Source: Chrysomallon squamiferum (Eukaryota > Animalia > Mollusca). From it: 64,000 nt of DNA. The stretch is taken from the NCBI GenBank assembly GCA_012295275.1, contig CM022676.1:13268001-13332000 (forward strand). The letters are read 5' to 3'. The notes beneath the pieces were generated by a model. The model was not told where the DNA came from, did not search any database, and saw only the letters and a program-made list of their open reading frames with translations. Below are positions 26,796 through 52,300 of the stretch, one piece after another (position 1 is the stretch's first letter; each line of letters starts with the position of its first letter). The translations under genes and the position numbers were made by a program.

Positions 26796-27014
26796 TAAAA
26801 AAGAAAGTGGGCAAAAACAAACGAAATACTCTTTAGCAATTAAAACATTCTTAATTCACCCTATTAGCCTTATAATTCTGCTTTCGATATTTCGAATAAA
26901 TAAAAAAAGAAACTGAGAAATGTGAAACAGTTTTCTGTAATTAATCTAATAATAAATATAATAAATGTATGTATATATATATATATATATATATATTTAT
27001 CAGTTAAATTTGAT

Positions 27015-27196
27015 AAATTTAACTTAAAGTTGTATCACTGTATATTATATAACCTGCCTCTGAACTGTTTTATATATATATATATATATAAAATTTCACA
27101 CTGTTTAGATGAAGCTGGGTCTTCATAGTGCTATTCATTCACTTGTAATAGAGGCACATTATATAATATACAGTGATACAACTTTAAGTTAAATTT
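27015..27196. repeat. ~45-bp inverted repeat with ~90-bp spacer
   Basis: aaatttaacttaaagttgtatcactgtatattatataa..tgcctc versus gaggca..ttatataatatacagtgatacaactttaagttaaattt. Confidence 0.85.
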
Positions 27197-28515
27197 TAAC
27201 ACAAAACCAGCCCTAATCAGCACACAGAACGTTTTCACTGCATCGTTTTTATCGGTAATATCTAACATGTTTGTTTTAATGTATCAACAAATGGATGAAA
27301 AATATATATAAATAAGTAAATAAATAAATAATAGATCAACAAAGAGATACAAAATATATAAATAAGTAAATACATAAATAATAGATTGAAGGAAACTTAC
27401 CTGTACTGTATCTAACAATTACGAGAGAAACAAGTAAATATTGCAACAAACGCCATTGTGAGTGTTGTGACTAAAACTGTTTCCTCCGAGTACACGAGTT
27501 GTACTCTATCTAGGTTAAGTTATTATGTCACATTTCTATGGCGCTGTCCAATTTTTGTATATTTATTTCACTTTGTTTATTATATTTCAGATGATTTCTT
27601 TTTCAGTTAATTGTCAGTAATCATATCTTGAAAGTCACGCTGTTTACAAAACATTTATATTTATAAAACGAAAGAACATTCTTGTCGTAGGCTTATACCA
27701 GTCGACTAACTCAGCAAAGCATATACGACACATTATATCATTGAATGGTACAAACAATCTATAGCGGTCTACGTCTTGACGTGAGAACCGGTCAGTAATT
27801 CATTATTTAATGCCTAATTCATTGTCAAATCATGTGTTTTTCAAAAAACAAAAACAAAATATTTACACAGTATTACTTATTAACCAACGTATTATTTTAT
27901 CAGTTAAGTGTGGATATTTAAATTAAGACATTTAATAAACTGATATGTAACAGAGAGAGAATAGAGAAGTAATAGAAGTAATATGATTTGTTTTCTGGGA
28001 TAAAAACCCGCTCTTCAAATTGAAGTGGATACATTCTGTGCTACAGATCACAACGTAAAGTAAAATGAAATGTTAAATTATCTGAATGAAATTAAACTAA
28101 GACAGTCAGCTTAAAATGGACAATTTTTATTACAGTAAATGTCACTGCTACACATCTTCTGTGAAAATATCCGTTCCATAATTAATTTGAGCAAATGTTA
28201 CAAATAAAAATATATAAGTTCATGAAACGAGGATGACATTACATGTTTTCATACAGATATTTTAGGGTATAAAATTATGTATTACTAACGAAGTCCGATC
28301 TCCATAAACAATCACTCGTGTGGCTTTAATTAAGTTCAACATCATTTAACAAAGAAACACAACTAAATTTTATTTAATATTATTACATTGTCACTTTATT
28401 ACAGCTGTCTAACATAACTACATCATTTCATGAAATAGTTGTAACGAATTAAGAAAGGAGGCTAAATATATCAATGTTACGATGAACAGTTAATTTTCTT
28501 ACATGTTGTTTTTAC

Positions 28516-28587
<72 letters not shown>

Positions 28588-28590
28588 CGC
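27170..28590. repeat. ~1.3-1.4 kb direct repeat, copy 1 (leader + upstream region + CT microsatellite)
   Basis: Collinear shared blocks with 44030-45300, e.g. aagttaaa.tt.aacac, atttataaaacga, ggtcagtaa, ctgaatgaaattaaa, gtgaaaatatccgtt, tgtcactttattacagct, then (CT)n. Confidence 0.8.
27401..27456 (-). pseudogene. Frameshifted copy of the leader exon
   Basis: ATGGCG-T-TTGTTGCAATAT...ACAG|gtaagt: 56 nt instead of 55, giving an early TAG. Confidence 0.75.
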
Positions 28591-28643
28591 TCTCATAGGC
28601 GTCCGAAAAATTTCATCTTTGCAATTCTTAGATGTTCAATCAA

Positions 28644-40231
<11,588 letters not shown>

Positions 40232-40306
40232 TGTGAATGTTGTGACTAAACTTGTTTCTTCCGGGTACACGAGTTGTACTTTATCTAGGTTAGGTTACTG
40301 TGTCAC
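40232..40306 (-). promoter_or_regulatory. Conserved 5'UTR/core-promoter module upstream of leader exon (GATA-, ETS- and AP-1-like motifs)
   Basis: Minus strand reads gtgacacagtaacctaacctAGATAAagtacaactcgtgtacCCGGAAgaaacaagtTTAGTCAcaacattcacaATG. Near-identical copy at 44293-44367; decayed copies at ~27457-27532 and ~26345-26410. Confidence 0.5.
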
Positions 40307-41353
40307 TTTATTACTACAGCGCTATCGCTATAGTGTAGCGTCTGTTTCTATTTAAGTTGTATAAAGTTTATCAGTCGGACATGAATTAATCATTATAAAA
40401 TAAAAACATGCTTATGACATTAAGGGATGCTTAAAGTGGTCATTGTCTAGGGGTAAAAGCTACTATGACAAGGACTGGTCAGTTATAAATTGTGAGATAT
40501 ATGTAGATAATAGAAAAATAATACATCAGGAGAAGTGCAATTTCTTTATATTTTTGTAAAACAATAAAATACACTAAATTGTTTACGCTTATCGCTGAAA
40601 CCTGAGTGAAAATAATTAAGGAATCGATTACGGAAGAATCAAGTTATAACGTTAATATAAATTTAGCTTGTGTGTGCGTACATATATATATCGTACGCTA
40701 CCTAATGACGCTATCACTGCGTGTTAAAGAAAGGCCACAGTGTCAAGGTCTGTCCCTTGACCTCCAAGTTCATCAGACTTGTCAACCGCCCGCTTGTCGC
40801 TTCCCGAACCAGACTTGAACTCGCCTCATCTCAGTCGCGAAGCCCGTGTATTAGATTACTGCGGACGTCGGTGAAATCCGCGGAGTTAAAGAAAGAAGTA
40901 GCTACTCGGGCAGACACATTTCAAAGCTGTGTTAGTTTGTCACACAAAACGTGTCTTATCTTGGCCGCTAATTAACGTAACTAAAACATTTAAAAACTTC
41001 CTTTGGAAGTTCGTCAACGCACATTTTCCTTTGACAGTGAGACAGCTTTAATGAGTTGCATACATCGGCAGCTAAGTTTATTTACTGATTATAATTATGA
41101 ATACATATTTATTTAATACTTGTCGTTATTTTATCTTTCCTGTATTTAATATATAGAGACGAGATAATCTCAGGATTCCATATATGTCTTTTTTTAACTC
41201 AGTGGATCCAGTCTAATTATGCGGCCTCATTAGATCACAATCATTTTCAACATCAGCATATTAAAACAGTACATCTAGAAGAAAATAAATTAATAAAAAA
41301 GAAAGAACAAACAGATAATAAAGAAGAGGTTACAGAGAAAACAAATACTTTAC

Positions 41354-41432
41354 CTAAAACACTTTTCACAGTGAGGGAGAATATCACCGTTATCTGGAAT
41401 AACATTACAGTAGAAACGATCCAAACTGACAT
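41354..41432 (-). CDS. Alternative or orphan leader exon: MSVWIVSTVMLFQITVIFSLTVKSVL(G)
   Basis: Open hydrophobic frame ending TTA G|gtaaag (phase 1); sequence unrelated to the other leaders. Confidence 0.5.
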
Positions 41433-41682
41433 TTTCTGGAATCTGACCTAGTTTTTAACTGCCTTGCTTTGCTCTATGTTAAGTTCTGCAGTGTGTGTCA
41501 GTGTGTTGTAACACTACACCATCTCAAACTGCCACTGTACATTTCATTAGAACTGTAAAACACTGTATTTCACAAGATAGTAATAAAAAATAAAATCTTA
41601 ACATCGTCTCTTTCCAGCAGAATTTGATATTGAATAATCGCAGCTATTATTATTATTATTATTGTTATTATTATTATTATTG

Positions 41683-41717
<35 letters not shown>

Positions 41718-42499
41718 GTTGTTGTTGTTGTTGTTGTTATTGTTGATGCTGCTATTGTCGTTTTCTTATAAAAAGATTATTCATGAGTGATATTACCAAT
41801 AGGAGCACTACTTAATGATACAAGACAACCTGACTCATCTTCATAAAAATAAAAACAATAAAAAATCATTATATCAAATATACATGTTTTTCTAAATGAT
41901 GATTTGCAAAACAACTTCGCTGAAGCCACTATTCAGGCTATTTCTGTGGATTAGCAGGAAGAAATATTTTCATATGATTATCTGCAGAGTCAGAACGCTG
42001 CATATAACTTATTAAGCGAGAATAACGTTTACCACTCTCGTAGCAAATCCGGGGAAAGTTTCTAGATTCGTAACAATAAAACAATGCTGTTGATAGCGCT
42101 GTGGTGTGAAAGCAGAAAGCGGCGTACTGAATCAAGTGTTGAACTGAGGTATCATAGACAACAAGGTAAATTCTTCTCAGTGCGCTCACTGTATCAATTC
42201 TCGTAGCTGCGAGTGTCTGACTGGTTTATGAAAGGCAATGAAGGAGGGTACAAATATCAAAGATTTGCTGCTGGTAATTGAACATTAGTACTTCTTTAGA
42301 TTACTGTTTGAATTTTCTACTAATATTACATTTTGGTCTTAATTATATATTTGATGTCATATGACAGGAATCATCGAATCATCGACAGGAATTCCTGGTA
42401 TTAATAACGTTATTTGGTCTGTAAAGAGAGTTTATAATATATATTTATATTTATATATATATATTTTTTTTGGCATCATGCGAACAGATCTTTCAAAAA

Positions 42500-43570
42500 T
42501 AAAATTCCTTTATTTGCCTATGTGTTAATATAAGTCAATTTTAACATGAGAATTATACCAAATCAGTAGACTTAGTATTTTTGTCCTGTCCCATGCAGCT
42601 TCACATTTCTCTAGAAAGTAAGTAATACATTTTTCGAAGGGGGATTGTTGCATATCAGCGATTTGCTTTTCTGTGGGCTGATTAATATTAATGAAGCTGT
42701 TGACTGTAAACAATTATTCAAAAGAGATGCAATGTCTTGGTTCAGATACATACTTTTAATTCTGAATTTGTTTTCCAGCCATATCATCGTTTTTTTTATT
42801 CCAAATCAACAGAAAGAAATAGGTTTCTAATTTTTAATCTTTTCGGTTTGGCTGTGAAGAAAGAACATAAACAAATGTCGATAAAACTAAACTTTTGAAC
42901 ACAGTAATTTTTCCTACTGGTGACAGAGATCGTTTGGATGAGTGTTCAAGCAGCCTTTTGACCTCATTCAACTTTGCATTATAGTTTAATTCTTGAATTT
43001 GATACAGATTCCTGAAAAACCGTACCTCAAGTCTTGTACATTTTGTAGTCCATTTTAATTTGTGTTTTTGACACATTTTTTAATGATCATTTGGGCCTTT
43101 GGCTAATTTTAAATGACAAATAAATTTTTACTTCATTGCCGTTTATTTCAGACCCGTATTTCTTTGTTATTTCTTGCCAGGATTCCAAGAATCTCAACAC
43201 AAAATCTAAAAATATAGGGTGAAAACGGATCTTCTAGTCCTCTGCTAAGTTTGGATCTTACTAGTTAGGTATAAACACGATTCGAATTTATTATAAAAAA
43301 TCGATTTTCATCTTTGAATGGAGGCCCCAAACTTAAAAAAGCATTTTTCATTTTTTTTTTATTATTATTATGTTTTTTTTTAATTATTTTTTTTTATTTT
43401 AATTTTAATTAATTAATTAATTTATTTTATTTATTTATTTATTTATTTTTTAAATAAAATTCCACGCAATTCTATCAAATATTTTTTTTTTTGAAAATCT
43501 ACAATTAATAACATCGGATGCTTATTTTGTGTGTCTGTATAATGGAATATAATTCAAACTGTGCCCATTC
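42500..43570 (-). mobile_element. Degenerate L1/Tx1-like LINE reverse transcriptase fragment
   Basis: Minus-strand fragments DF....FDRIAWNFI, RGLEDPFSPYIF (QGDPLSPYLF-like) and KRSLSPVGKITVFKSLVLSTFVY; multiple frameshifts. Confidence 0.75.
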
Positions 43571-44237
43571 TTGTATTTCTCGTGACTGCTAGTGTCTCGT
43601 TTGTTTATCAAAGACATGGTATAATGTATGTGTACATTTAAGCAATTAAATCTGCATCCACCTTTGTTAATAATCATCAAAGTTATTTAGGCACATCACT
43701 TCTCAGCATAATCCTAGTTAAGACTGTGAACTGGAGGCCATCATCACAGAATCCGTGACGGTCTATAATTTGTTTCATAAAGTCCACTCCCACATTGAAG
43801 CAGATTCTTAGAAACATTTTCTCAAAAGTCAGTGAAATTCAGCTTCTCCTCATTTACATTCGTATCAACAGACTGAATAAAGGTCCTACATTTTCAGTAC
43901 ATGGTAATATCTAACATGTATCGATGAAAGATATTAAGAAAAGAACAATTTTAAAAATATGAAACTGGGTCTTCGTAGAACGAGTCATTCACTTCTCACA
44001 AAGACGTTGTTCAGTTTATGTAACACACAGTGATAAAACTTCAAGTTAAAATTCAACACCAAACTAGCTGTAACCAGGTCACAGAACACACAGAGATAAA
44101 ACTTCAAGTTAAAATTCAACACGAAACTAGCGGTAACCGGGTCACAGACTGAATAAGTTGTCAGTACATGGTTTATATCGCTAATATCTAACATATTTGT
44201 TTTAATGTATGAATTAAATAATAACAATAAAACTTAC

Positions 44238-44292
44238 CTAAACAATATCCAACAATCGACACAGAAAGAAGTAAGTATCCCACTATCGCCAT
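44238..44292 (-). CDS. Alternative or orphan leader exon: MAIVGYLLLSVSIVGYCL(G)
   Basis: Paralog of the 40177-40231 leader; intact, phase-1 G|gtaagt donor. Confidence 0.65.
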
Positions 44293-44367
44293 TGTGAATG
44301 TTGTGACTAAACTTGTTTCTTCCGGGTACACGAGTTGTACTTTATCTAGGTTAGGTTATTGTGTCAT
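44293..44367 (-). promoter_or_regulatory. Second copy of the conserved leader-upstream module
   Basis: One mismatch to 40232-40306 over about 74 bp. Confidence 0.5.
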
Positions 44368-45210
44368 ATTTCTATAGCGCTGCATTATATTAATGTGTCT
44401 ATTTTTTTGTATATTTATTTCACTTTATTGATTACATTTCACAAGAATGTTATGTTTTTAAATTTTTATTTTTTAATTGTTTGTTAGTAAATCATATCTT
44501 GTGACATATCTTTATAAAATATTTGTATTTATAAAACGAGAGAAGATTTCTTGTCGTAGGTTACATCATTCCCCTAACTCAGCAAAACGTATACAACATT
44601 TATTACATTCTTGAATGTAGCAAATAATCTACAGCTGTTTACATGGTGACTGTTTAATGAATAGGTCAGTAACTCATTGTTTTATATCTAATGTATGTAC
44701 TTTTCTAACAAAATATTAAATATTAATCAACACATTATTTTATCACTTAATTGTCTATATTTAATCTAAGGCATCTAATTCATAAAAATTAGAAAGTGAA
44801 TATAGAGATATCAGAACTACAAAAGACTATCTTCTGAATTACGTTTTCTATTTGTATCAAAACCCAACTCCAAACTGAAGCGGAATCATGTTGTTGTTTA
44901 GAACAAAATGTAAATACAAGTAATATAGCAAATTAGCTGAATGAAATTAAAACCAGCTTACAATGATCATTTTTTATTACAGTAAATATCATATTTAAAT
45001 ATCTCACTATTACAGATCTTTTTTGTGAAAATATCTCAGTATTACAGATACTGTGTGAAAATATCCGTTTCGTTATCAGCAAATAAGATAATAGAAAGGA
45101 GGATGACATCATATGTTGCCTTATAGACCCAAGTTCAGTCAGTAATGAAAAACAACATTCTATTTAATATTATTACACTGTCACTTTATTACAGCTCTCT
45201 AAGATAACTG

Positions 45211-45300
<90 letters not shown>

Positions 45301-46544
45301 ACGTACTTTTAAAATAACAAACTGAACATACAGAAAGGAGAACATTTTAATAACTTTAAAAATGATTTATATACAAATCATTAACAAATGTAACTATTTT
45401 AAAGATAAAAGATTCACTTAAAAGAATAAAAGAAAAAAGTCAGGGTTGAAATTCGAAACATTCAGTATGTGCATAATTAAGACGTTTACATGGAGCATGG
45501 ATATTAAAGCATTTCACACGTAACTTCTATAATGTTATGAAATGTACTCGCGCCAAAAATTAATCTCGAACAATAACTGATTTTTTTTTTTGTATATTAC
45601 AGATCGTTTTTGAAAAAACAAAATCGTATGACAACAGCAAAAAAAAATAAATAAATAAAAAATTATGTTTTTATTTTTATCTTACCATAAGCTCTGGTTC
45701 ATAACCGTCTCCAATTTTTTAGCAGAAATAATAATAATAAATAAATAGATAACTAACTAAATAAATAATAACCTTTGAAATTCATGTATTGCATCATTGT
45801 ATTATTTTAAAGATTAGTCTCATAATACAGATGAGTTTATTTTAGCCGTTTTAACGCGAATAGTGAAAACCTGGCAGCTTAGTAAGGCACGCCATGCTGT
45901 ACGAGTGCGTGAAAGAATATAAAATACAAGTTAGGCACACGTCAAAATTCAGTCTTTTTAATGACATATTCAAAAGAAAATTTAACTTTGAACTGACTAA
46001 ATTGAAACAGAGAAAAGCTTCAATTAAAATAAATAAAGTAGAAACAACACCATAGCTGAAATTTGAAACTGTTTAAATATGGAACAAAAAAAAGTACATT
46101 AAAGCACTTAACATTTAACAATGAATTTCAATAATTTTATAAATATTAAAACACTTTAATAACTGTAAGAATACTAACAACCAACGTCAACACTTTTCTT
46201 ATAAAAAATGTCTTCTTTCTGAAATGCTTTGAAATGTACTGAAAATATACCAGCATTCTAACTGATGACTTACCTCTGATTGGTAATTCTAACAAGTATT
46301 TGGCACAGGTATACTAATACACTATTTAATTACAAATGATAAAAAGAAACACAGTTTTAAATTCTTTCCAATTATTCTAAAAGTAACTGTCAAAATGTTA
46401 TAAGATCAGTCTTTCACACTAAATAAAATATTATATTTAGTTACAAATTAAATTCTAGAAATATACATATGTATTATATTTCATTTAGAAAAACTTAAAA
46501 ACAAAAGAATCATTTTAATACATATATAAATATACAAAGTAAGT

Positions 46545-46602
<58 letters not shown>

Positions 46603-46609
46603 GTAATAA

Positions 46610-46650
<41 letters not shown>

Positions 46651-46757
46651 TTGAGGATAAAACCTAAAGAACGAAACAAGAATATAATTTAGATTGTTGT
46701 CAATATTTTATACATCTCATATCTCCGTGTTTATCTATCTCTGAGGAGTCTGTAGAT

Positions 46758-47226
46758 CTACAGCAAACCAGTGATGACTAAAGTGTTGATAAACCTGAAG
46801 AAAGATAAAATAAAGATAAAATGATAAACAAAGAATTATTAGACACGCGGAAATAGATAAGCACACACACAGACAAGAAAGGCATACAGACATAAAAAAA
46901 GACAGTATATGTAGATATACATCATTACATACACTGATACAGGCACATTTTTACATGTACATATAGATAATACATATATATACATACATACACAAGTACT
47001 TGAAGACGGTCCGACAGAAAAGTAGATATACAGAATCACAGAAACATACAGACTGAGCGATACTAGACATAGGTACAGATGATACATGCAGATATACTGA
47101 GAGGAAAGCTGATAAAATTAATATTGCAATAAAATAACTAATATAAAAAAAATAGTTACAAGACTACTTACGTGATTATTGCATAAATCATTGAAGAAAA
47201 TGTGGAATCGCTTCCGCTTATTGGAT
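46758..47226 (-). other. Two orphan exons encoding a stalk plus hydrophobic tail (possible alternative 3' end of gene C, or pseudogene relic)
   Basis: 47172-47226 (phase 1 to 2, strong ttttag and gtaagt sites) plus 46758-46794 give DPISGSDSTFSSMIYAIITFINTLVITGLL*. Confidence 0.45.
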
Positions 47227-47232
47227 CTAAAA

Positions 47233-47272
<40 letters not shown>

Positions 47273-49338
47273 CCTTTAATTACTACCAAATATCTAGCAG
47301 CACACATATACTCATATCTTTCAAGCACGTCTATCTCCAGAAGTGAAAGTCTTGTCCCAGTCAAGCACTTATATTCGTTCTTAATGACCTTCAAAAATTC
47401 AAATGCTGACAACAGTATAAACTTGTTTCTCAAAGTTTTTTTGCGATCCTAGACTATTGATTTAATTGAAATTAGCCTCCGAAAACTCAAAGCAGAGAAT
47501 TGTAAGTTGTTCTTTAAGCAGAATAAAATTAACTTACTATTGGTCATCTGCCTATGTAAGGCTAAGGGCTTCTTTACATAACATATAATTGCATACAGTC
47601 CTCAAAGAACTGCCATAGTGAACTATTAACTCTTACTCATTAATGTTTCTTTGTATTTACAAAGAAATGTATTGTGGGAAACATGTTATTTGCAATTTAA
47701 ATGTGAGTTAAGAGAACTGTGTGAATTATGTTTTTAAATCTGAATACATACATACATTCATATATAGATAGATAGCTAGATATATAGATATATGCTTATA
47801 TATACAGACCTGTACATGTATATTCATTAGAAGAAATTGCTGTAAATATTTGAATTCACTGAAAGTTAAACTATTTTATTAATACTTTTCAGTTTTGAAT
47901 TATCAAGGTGTATCTGTGTCTGTACATACATACACACAGACGAAACTCGTCTAACAGTCACCTGTTCAAAATCCCACCACAAATTCCCCCAAAAGTATTT
48001 CCTTCTTTAAATGAGCTGTTCTGTGCAGTCACTGGTTTATAACCGCCAGCAGCCAATGTTTTTCACTGAAAATAATCAACTGAACCTTCTATAATTGTTA
48101 CCGTTTTTACATATTGTAATAGCTTTCCAATGGGGCTAAAAGCAGCCAGAGCCTAATGCTTGCAAAATATTTAACATGGTTTTCACTGTTGAGTTAAAGG
48201 AAAAGTGCTACGTGGAGTGTTTAAAACATCCTGTTTTACAAGTGCAGGTTATTATTTCACAGACACACTCATGATCAAAGAAACAACAACACTCCGTTTA
48301 TGAGCAAATCTTTATCTTTTTCTCCATGCAATTCATAAAGTTTTTGTCTGCTTGTAAGCCAAATTAATAGAGGTTAAAACTGTCTTAAATCTGTGTTTAC
48401 TCAGATTCCACAAACTTGCATAATTTACGTTAATTTAATAATGAAATGTGTTGATTAGATGAGATCATATTATATTATGAAAAGAATCATTTTCAAGCAT
48501 TCTTGACCAGTTTTTAATTAGTGGTTTTGCATATAAAGATTTCAGAGGGTTTTATTAAAACCAGTGGAAGGGGAACTGAGGTTACATGAATGATTAGCAC
48601 ATGGTTAGGGCTAACAATGTGATTGTGTTACTTACTGCTTGATGGTGTTGTTTCTGTTGTTGTCGATTCTAATATAAACATATTAATATGAATAAAATAA
48701 ATAATGTGTAGGAATTAAGCTTTAGTATGGTAAGAACAAGTGAAGTGGAGAAAATACATTACAAAAACGAAAAAGAAAAATATCCAATAAATACTAATGT
48801 TAATAATACTATTATTATTACTATAATATCAAAGGACAAGGTGATGTAAAAAGTGTAATCTGATTACTAAAACTAGACAAGTAATAGTAATATCTAATTT
48901 ACAAACTATAATTTCAGATAATAAATCAGAAATATAATCAGATCAAATGTAAATATTCTGTTCCGTCTCATTAAAACATCCATACAGGACATTCCACAAT
49001 AAAACACACTGACAGCACAGATAGCATACTGTTAACCAATCATACAAGTTCTTACTGCAAACATCATAATCTCAAATGTTAAAATGTATTTATAAAAGAT
49101 TTTGTGAAGGACAAGCATTAAGTTGTACATTTATCCATGTTAATAAGCCTATTACTCAGTCAGGAATAAAAACTATCAACATAAAACAGACAGTTTTAAA
49201 AGCTATCATTTTGTTATATCAGAGATAAAAGACAGAAATGAAGCTGTTCCTCGATTAGTAAAGCAGCATCCACAAACAATCACTGACATCTAGAATTTAT
49301 TTAACATATCCTATCATGTGGTGTAGTAGCTATGTGTA

Positions 49339-52300
49339 CTAAACATTAATGATGGTAACATGTATCCCTGAACATTCTTTAATCTGATGATCAACATCAT
49401 TGTGATACTGTCTGACAGGATGTTGGTTCACTGTTGTACTGTCACTCATATCATCAGTTTTATTCAGTGAATCACTGACTGTCTGTTGACAGACTTCATA
49501 TTCTGTGTGTTCTTCACAGACATCATTACTGACACATTGATTTGCAGGCTGCACATTGGTCTGATTATCTGAGTAATCTTCAGATGTTTCATCTGCTCCA
49601 GGATTTCCATGGTAACCAGATGTACTGGTTGAAGCAGCTTTATTAGGAATCCTTTCTTTGAAAGACAGTGAACTTTCTACATCTTCAGTATCACCTTTTT
49701 TGTCAATGTTCTCTTGGATGTTACAGTTTTCTACTGCTTTGTTATCAGTAGAAGATGCTGCTTTGGTGCGAGTCTTTTCAATGCTCATTTCACTGCCCTG
49801 TTGTACATTTTCATTTTTATTGTTGTTTTTTGTATTTTTGTTTCTTAGTGATATCAAACAACATACTATGATTATACAAATACCTGTGACACTGACAACA
49901 GTAATCAGGATAATACAAACTAAATTACAGGAAGAAGTTGATTGTGGTAGCACTGTAGGAACACTTGTTGATCTGTTATCATCTGTCAAAGAAGAAAAGT
50001 GTTAAGAGACTAATCATTGACTGAAAGTTATGTAAGGATGGAAATTGTTATGATAGAACATCTATAACGATAGACAGAAGTCCATCCTTAAAATACCTTT
50101 TTTTTTTTTTATCTCAAGTAATTTTCTATGTTCTTTTACAGATCAGTATCATAAATAAATTGAGGGGTTAGAGCCATAAGGTTGTAACTGCATTTTTGCC
50201 AAACTGAGAAAAATGCAAAACAGTGATTCAGTTGTCTTGCATTTGTATATGTACTGACACAGGTTTTTGAAATCACACGTTTACTGGTTGTTTAACAACT
50301 CATCTATCAAGAACTTGTCTTGACAATAGTTCTAGTCATTAGCTCAACCCATACCCCAGAATCACTTACAATATTTGGGTGTATGAAAATCACAGACTTA
50401 AAAACGTCTTAAGTGTAATAAAGTCCTTTTGTCATGAAGTGAATTGAGACATGTATATAGGTACAGAACATCACAAGTGCACTCATGTCTTTTTGGTTTT
50501 GATATATTTTCCAAACAATCAAGACCATAATGATGTTAGTCTCATTATGACATACTGGCAAAACAATGTAATAGGTGAACATACTAATTTCACTGAAACC
50601 AAAATATCATTAGTGCAGTCACAACTCTTTGGCATCAACAAATATTCACTTACGACTGTGGCCCTGATTAATATCTCAAACAGTTATTATCTACTAACTT
50701 GATTCTTTGATATTTCAAAGATTAATATACATCTATTCATCTATTGGTGGTAAAATGTCATTTTCACAAAAAAAGCACTTAAGATCTTCTGGCTCTAACC
50801 CCTTGAAATGTCCAGTATGTCAATCAAACAGTTTTTGTGTAACTTTGTTTGTTTTTTAAATAAAAAGATAACGATAATCAATCTTTTATCTGAGCTTAAA
50901 AAGGCACAAAACTAACTAATAATGTCTGATAAATATTTATTTATGTTCCCCAAAAGATAATGGTCTGATTTTTAAAAACTTGTATACTTATATGCTTAAA
51001 TGCCTAAACTGTGCCAAAATAAAAAATTACTGGAAAAGATCAGAGAAATTTATTTCATCTTTCATTTTTTTAATTTTAATTATAATTCAATAATAGGAAG
51101 TAAATTCATGCAAATGAATGAATTTGTTCATGTCTTGTACATTTTCAACATTAAAATATGGTGCCTGCAAATATGTGAAATTAAATCTGTTACTTCACTT
51201 TCCTTTCCACGGAAATCGTTCATGCTGAATTCAGAATAATTATGGTAATAGTAGCTGATTCTGCTTATTTTACATTTTAATTTGGAAAGACAGCAAAAAT
51301 AGAATATTCTTCTTTCTTCAATTAACCATCCTAAAAATACTGAGTAGGCTGAGTAAAATGTACCCACCAAACACTAAACATTTACATACACTTTGTTAAA
51401 AAACCAAATATATTTCTTATTGTATTTTTATCAAAAATTATTTGATATCAGATAGTGACTAGTCAGTCAAACATATTTCTTGTCTACTAACTTACAACTT
51501 TAGTGACCCTTTCACTGTGTTCTATTACATCACAAAACCGGTTGCACTGCAAAATCATGAGTTGTGACACTCAAAAAAATGTCTGTTAAGTTATCATTAA
51601 AAAAGTAACCTAGCATAAGTTTTGGTAAATTAGTAGAGAGGTGGGAACCCCTGTCATCGTTAGACAAGATTATAATCAAGTCATATAATCAAGTAATCCA
51701 GCTAAACTGTATTAAATTTTGATCACATGGAAAACTGTGGACATCTGAGTAATTTAGCAGAGTTGATGATAACTTAGTTGACATGTATTAAAATATTAGC
51801 TAACATACATCATGATTATTATTTTAGTGATTTCAATATACTGCAGCTAATGCAAATATAGTTTTCATCACCTATTATTAGTCTGCCAACACAGGTAGTG
51901 GCAGACAGTTACATATCAGCCAATCACTAGACAAACTGTGCTTACATGCTACCTGTAACATTATGAATCGCATGGAAATAAAGAGGGATATCTGCTCTTG
52001 AAATGTGTGTTGTTTGTATCATCTGAGTTATTCAGTGAACCTGTAACCTGCATTTAAAAACTGCTACATTTGAACACAGCTGGCAGCAGATACATTTTTA
52101 AAATGGACAGCTAAAACCATACCCCAGCTTCTGTGGCATCCACATCTGATATCATTCAAAAGATTGTTCAATTTCATTTTGAGTGGCATTTTAAACTAAG
52201 CATAATATTTACTGGAGCAGCAGCCATTTCCAATGTAACAACTGCTACCACTAACCAAATTACATTTTTTGTTTGTTCAAAATGCTATCAATCGCAGAGT

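Larger units (their letters stand above)
44030..45300. repeat. ~1.3 kb direct repeat, copy 2
   Basis: See copy 1; also contains an internal ~60-bp tandem duplication at 44028-44147. Confidence 0.8.
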
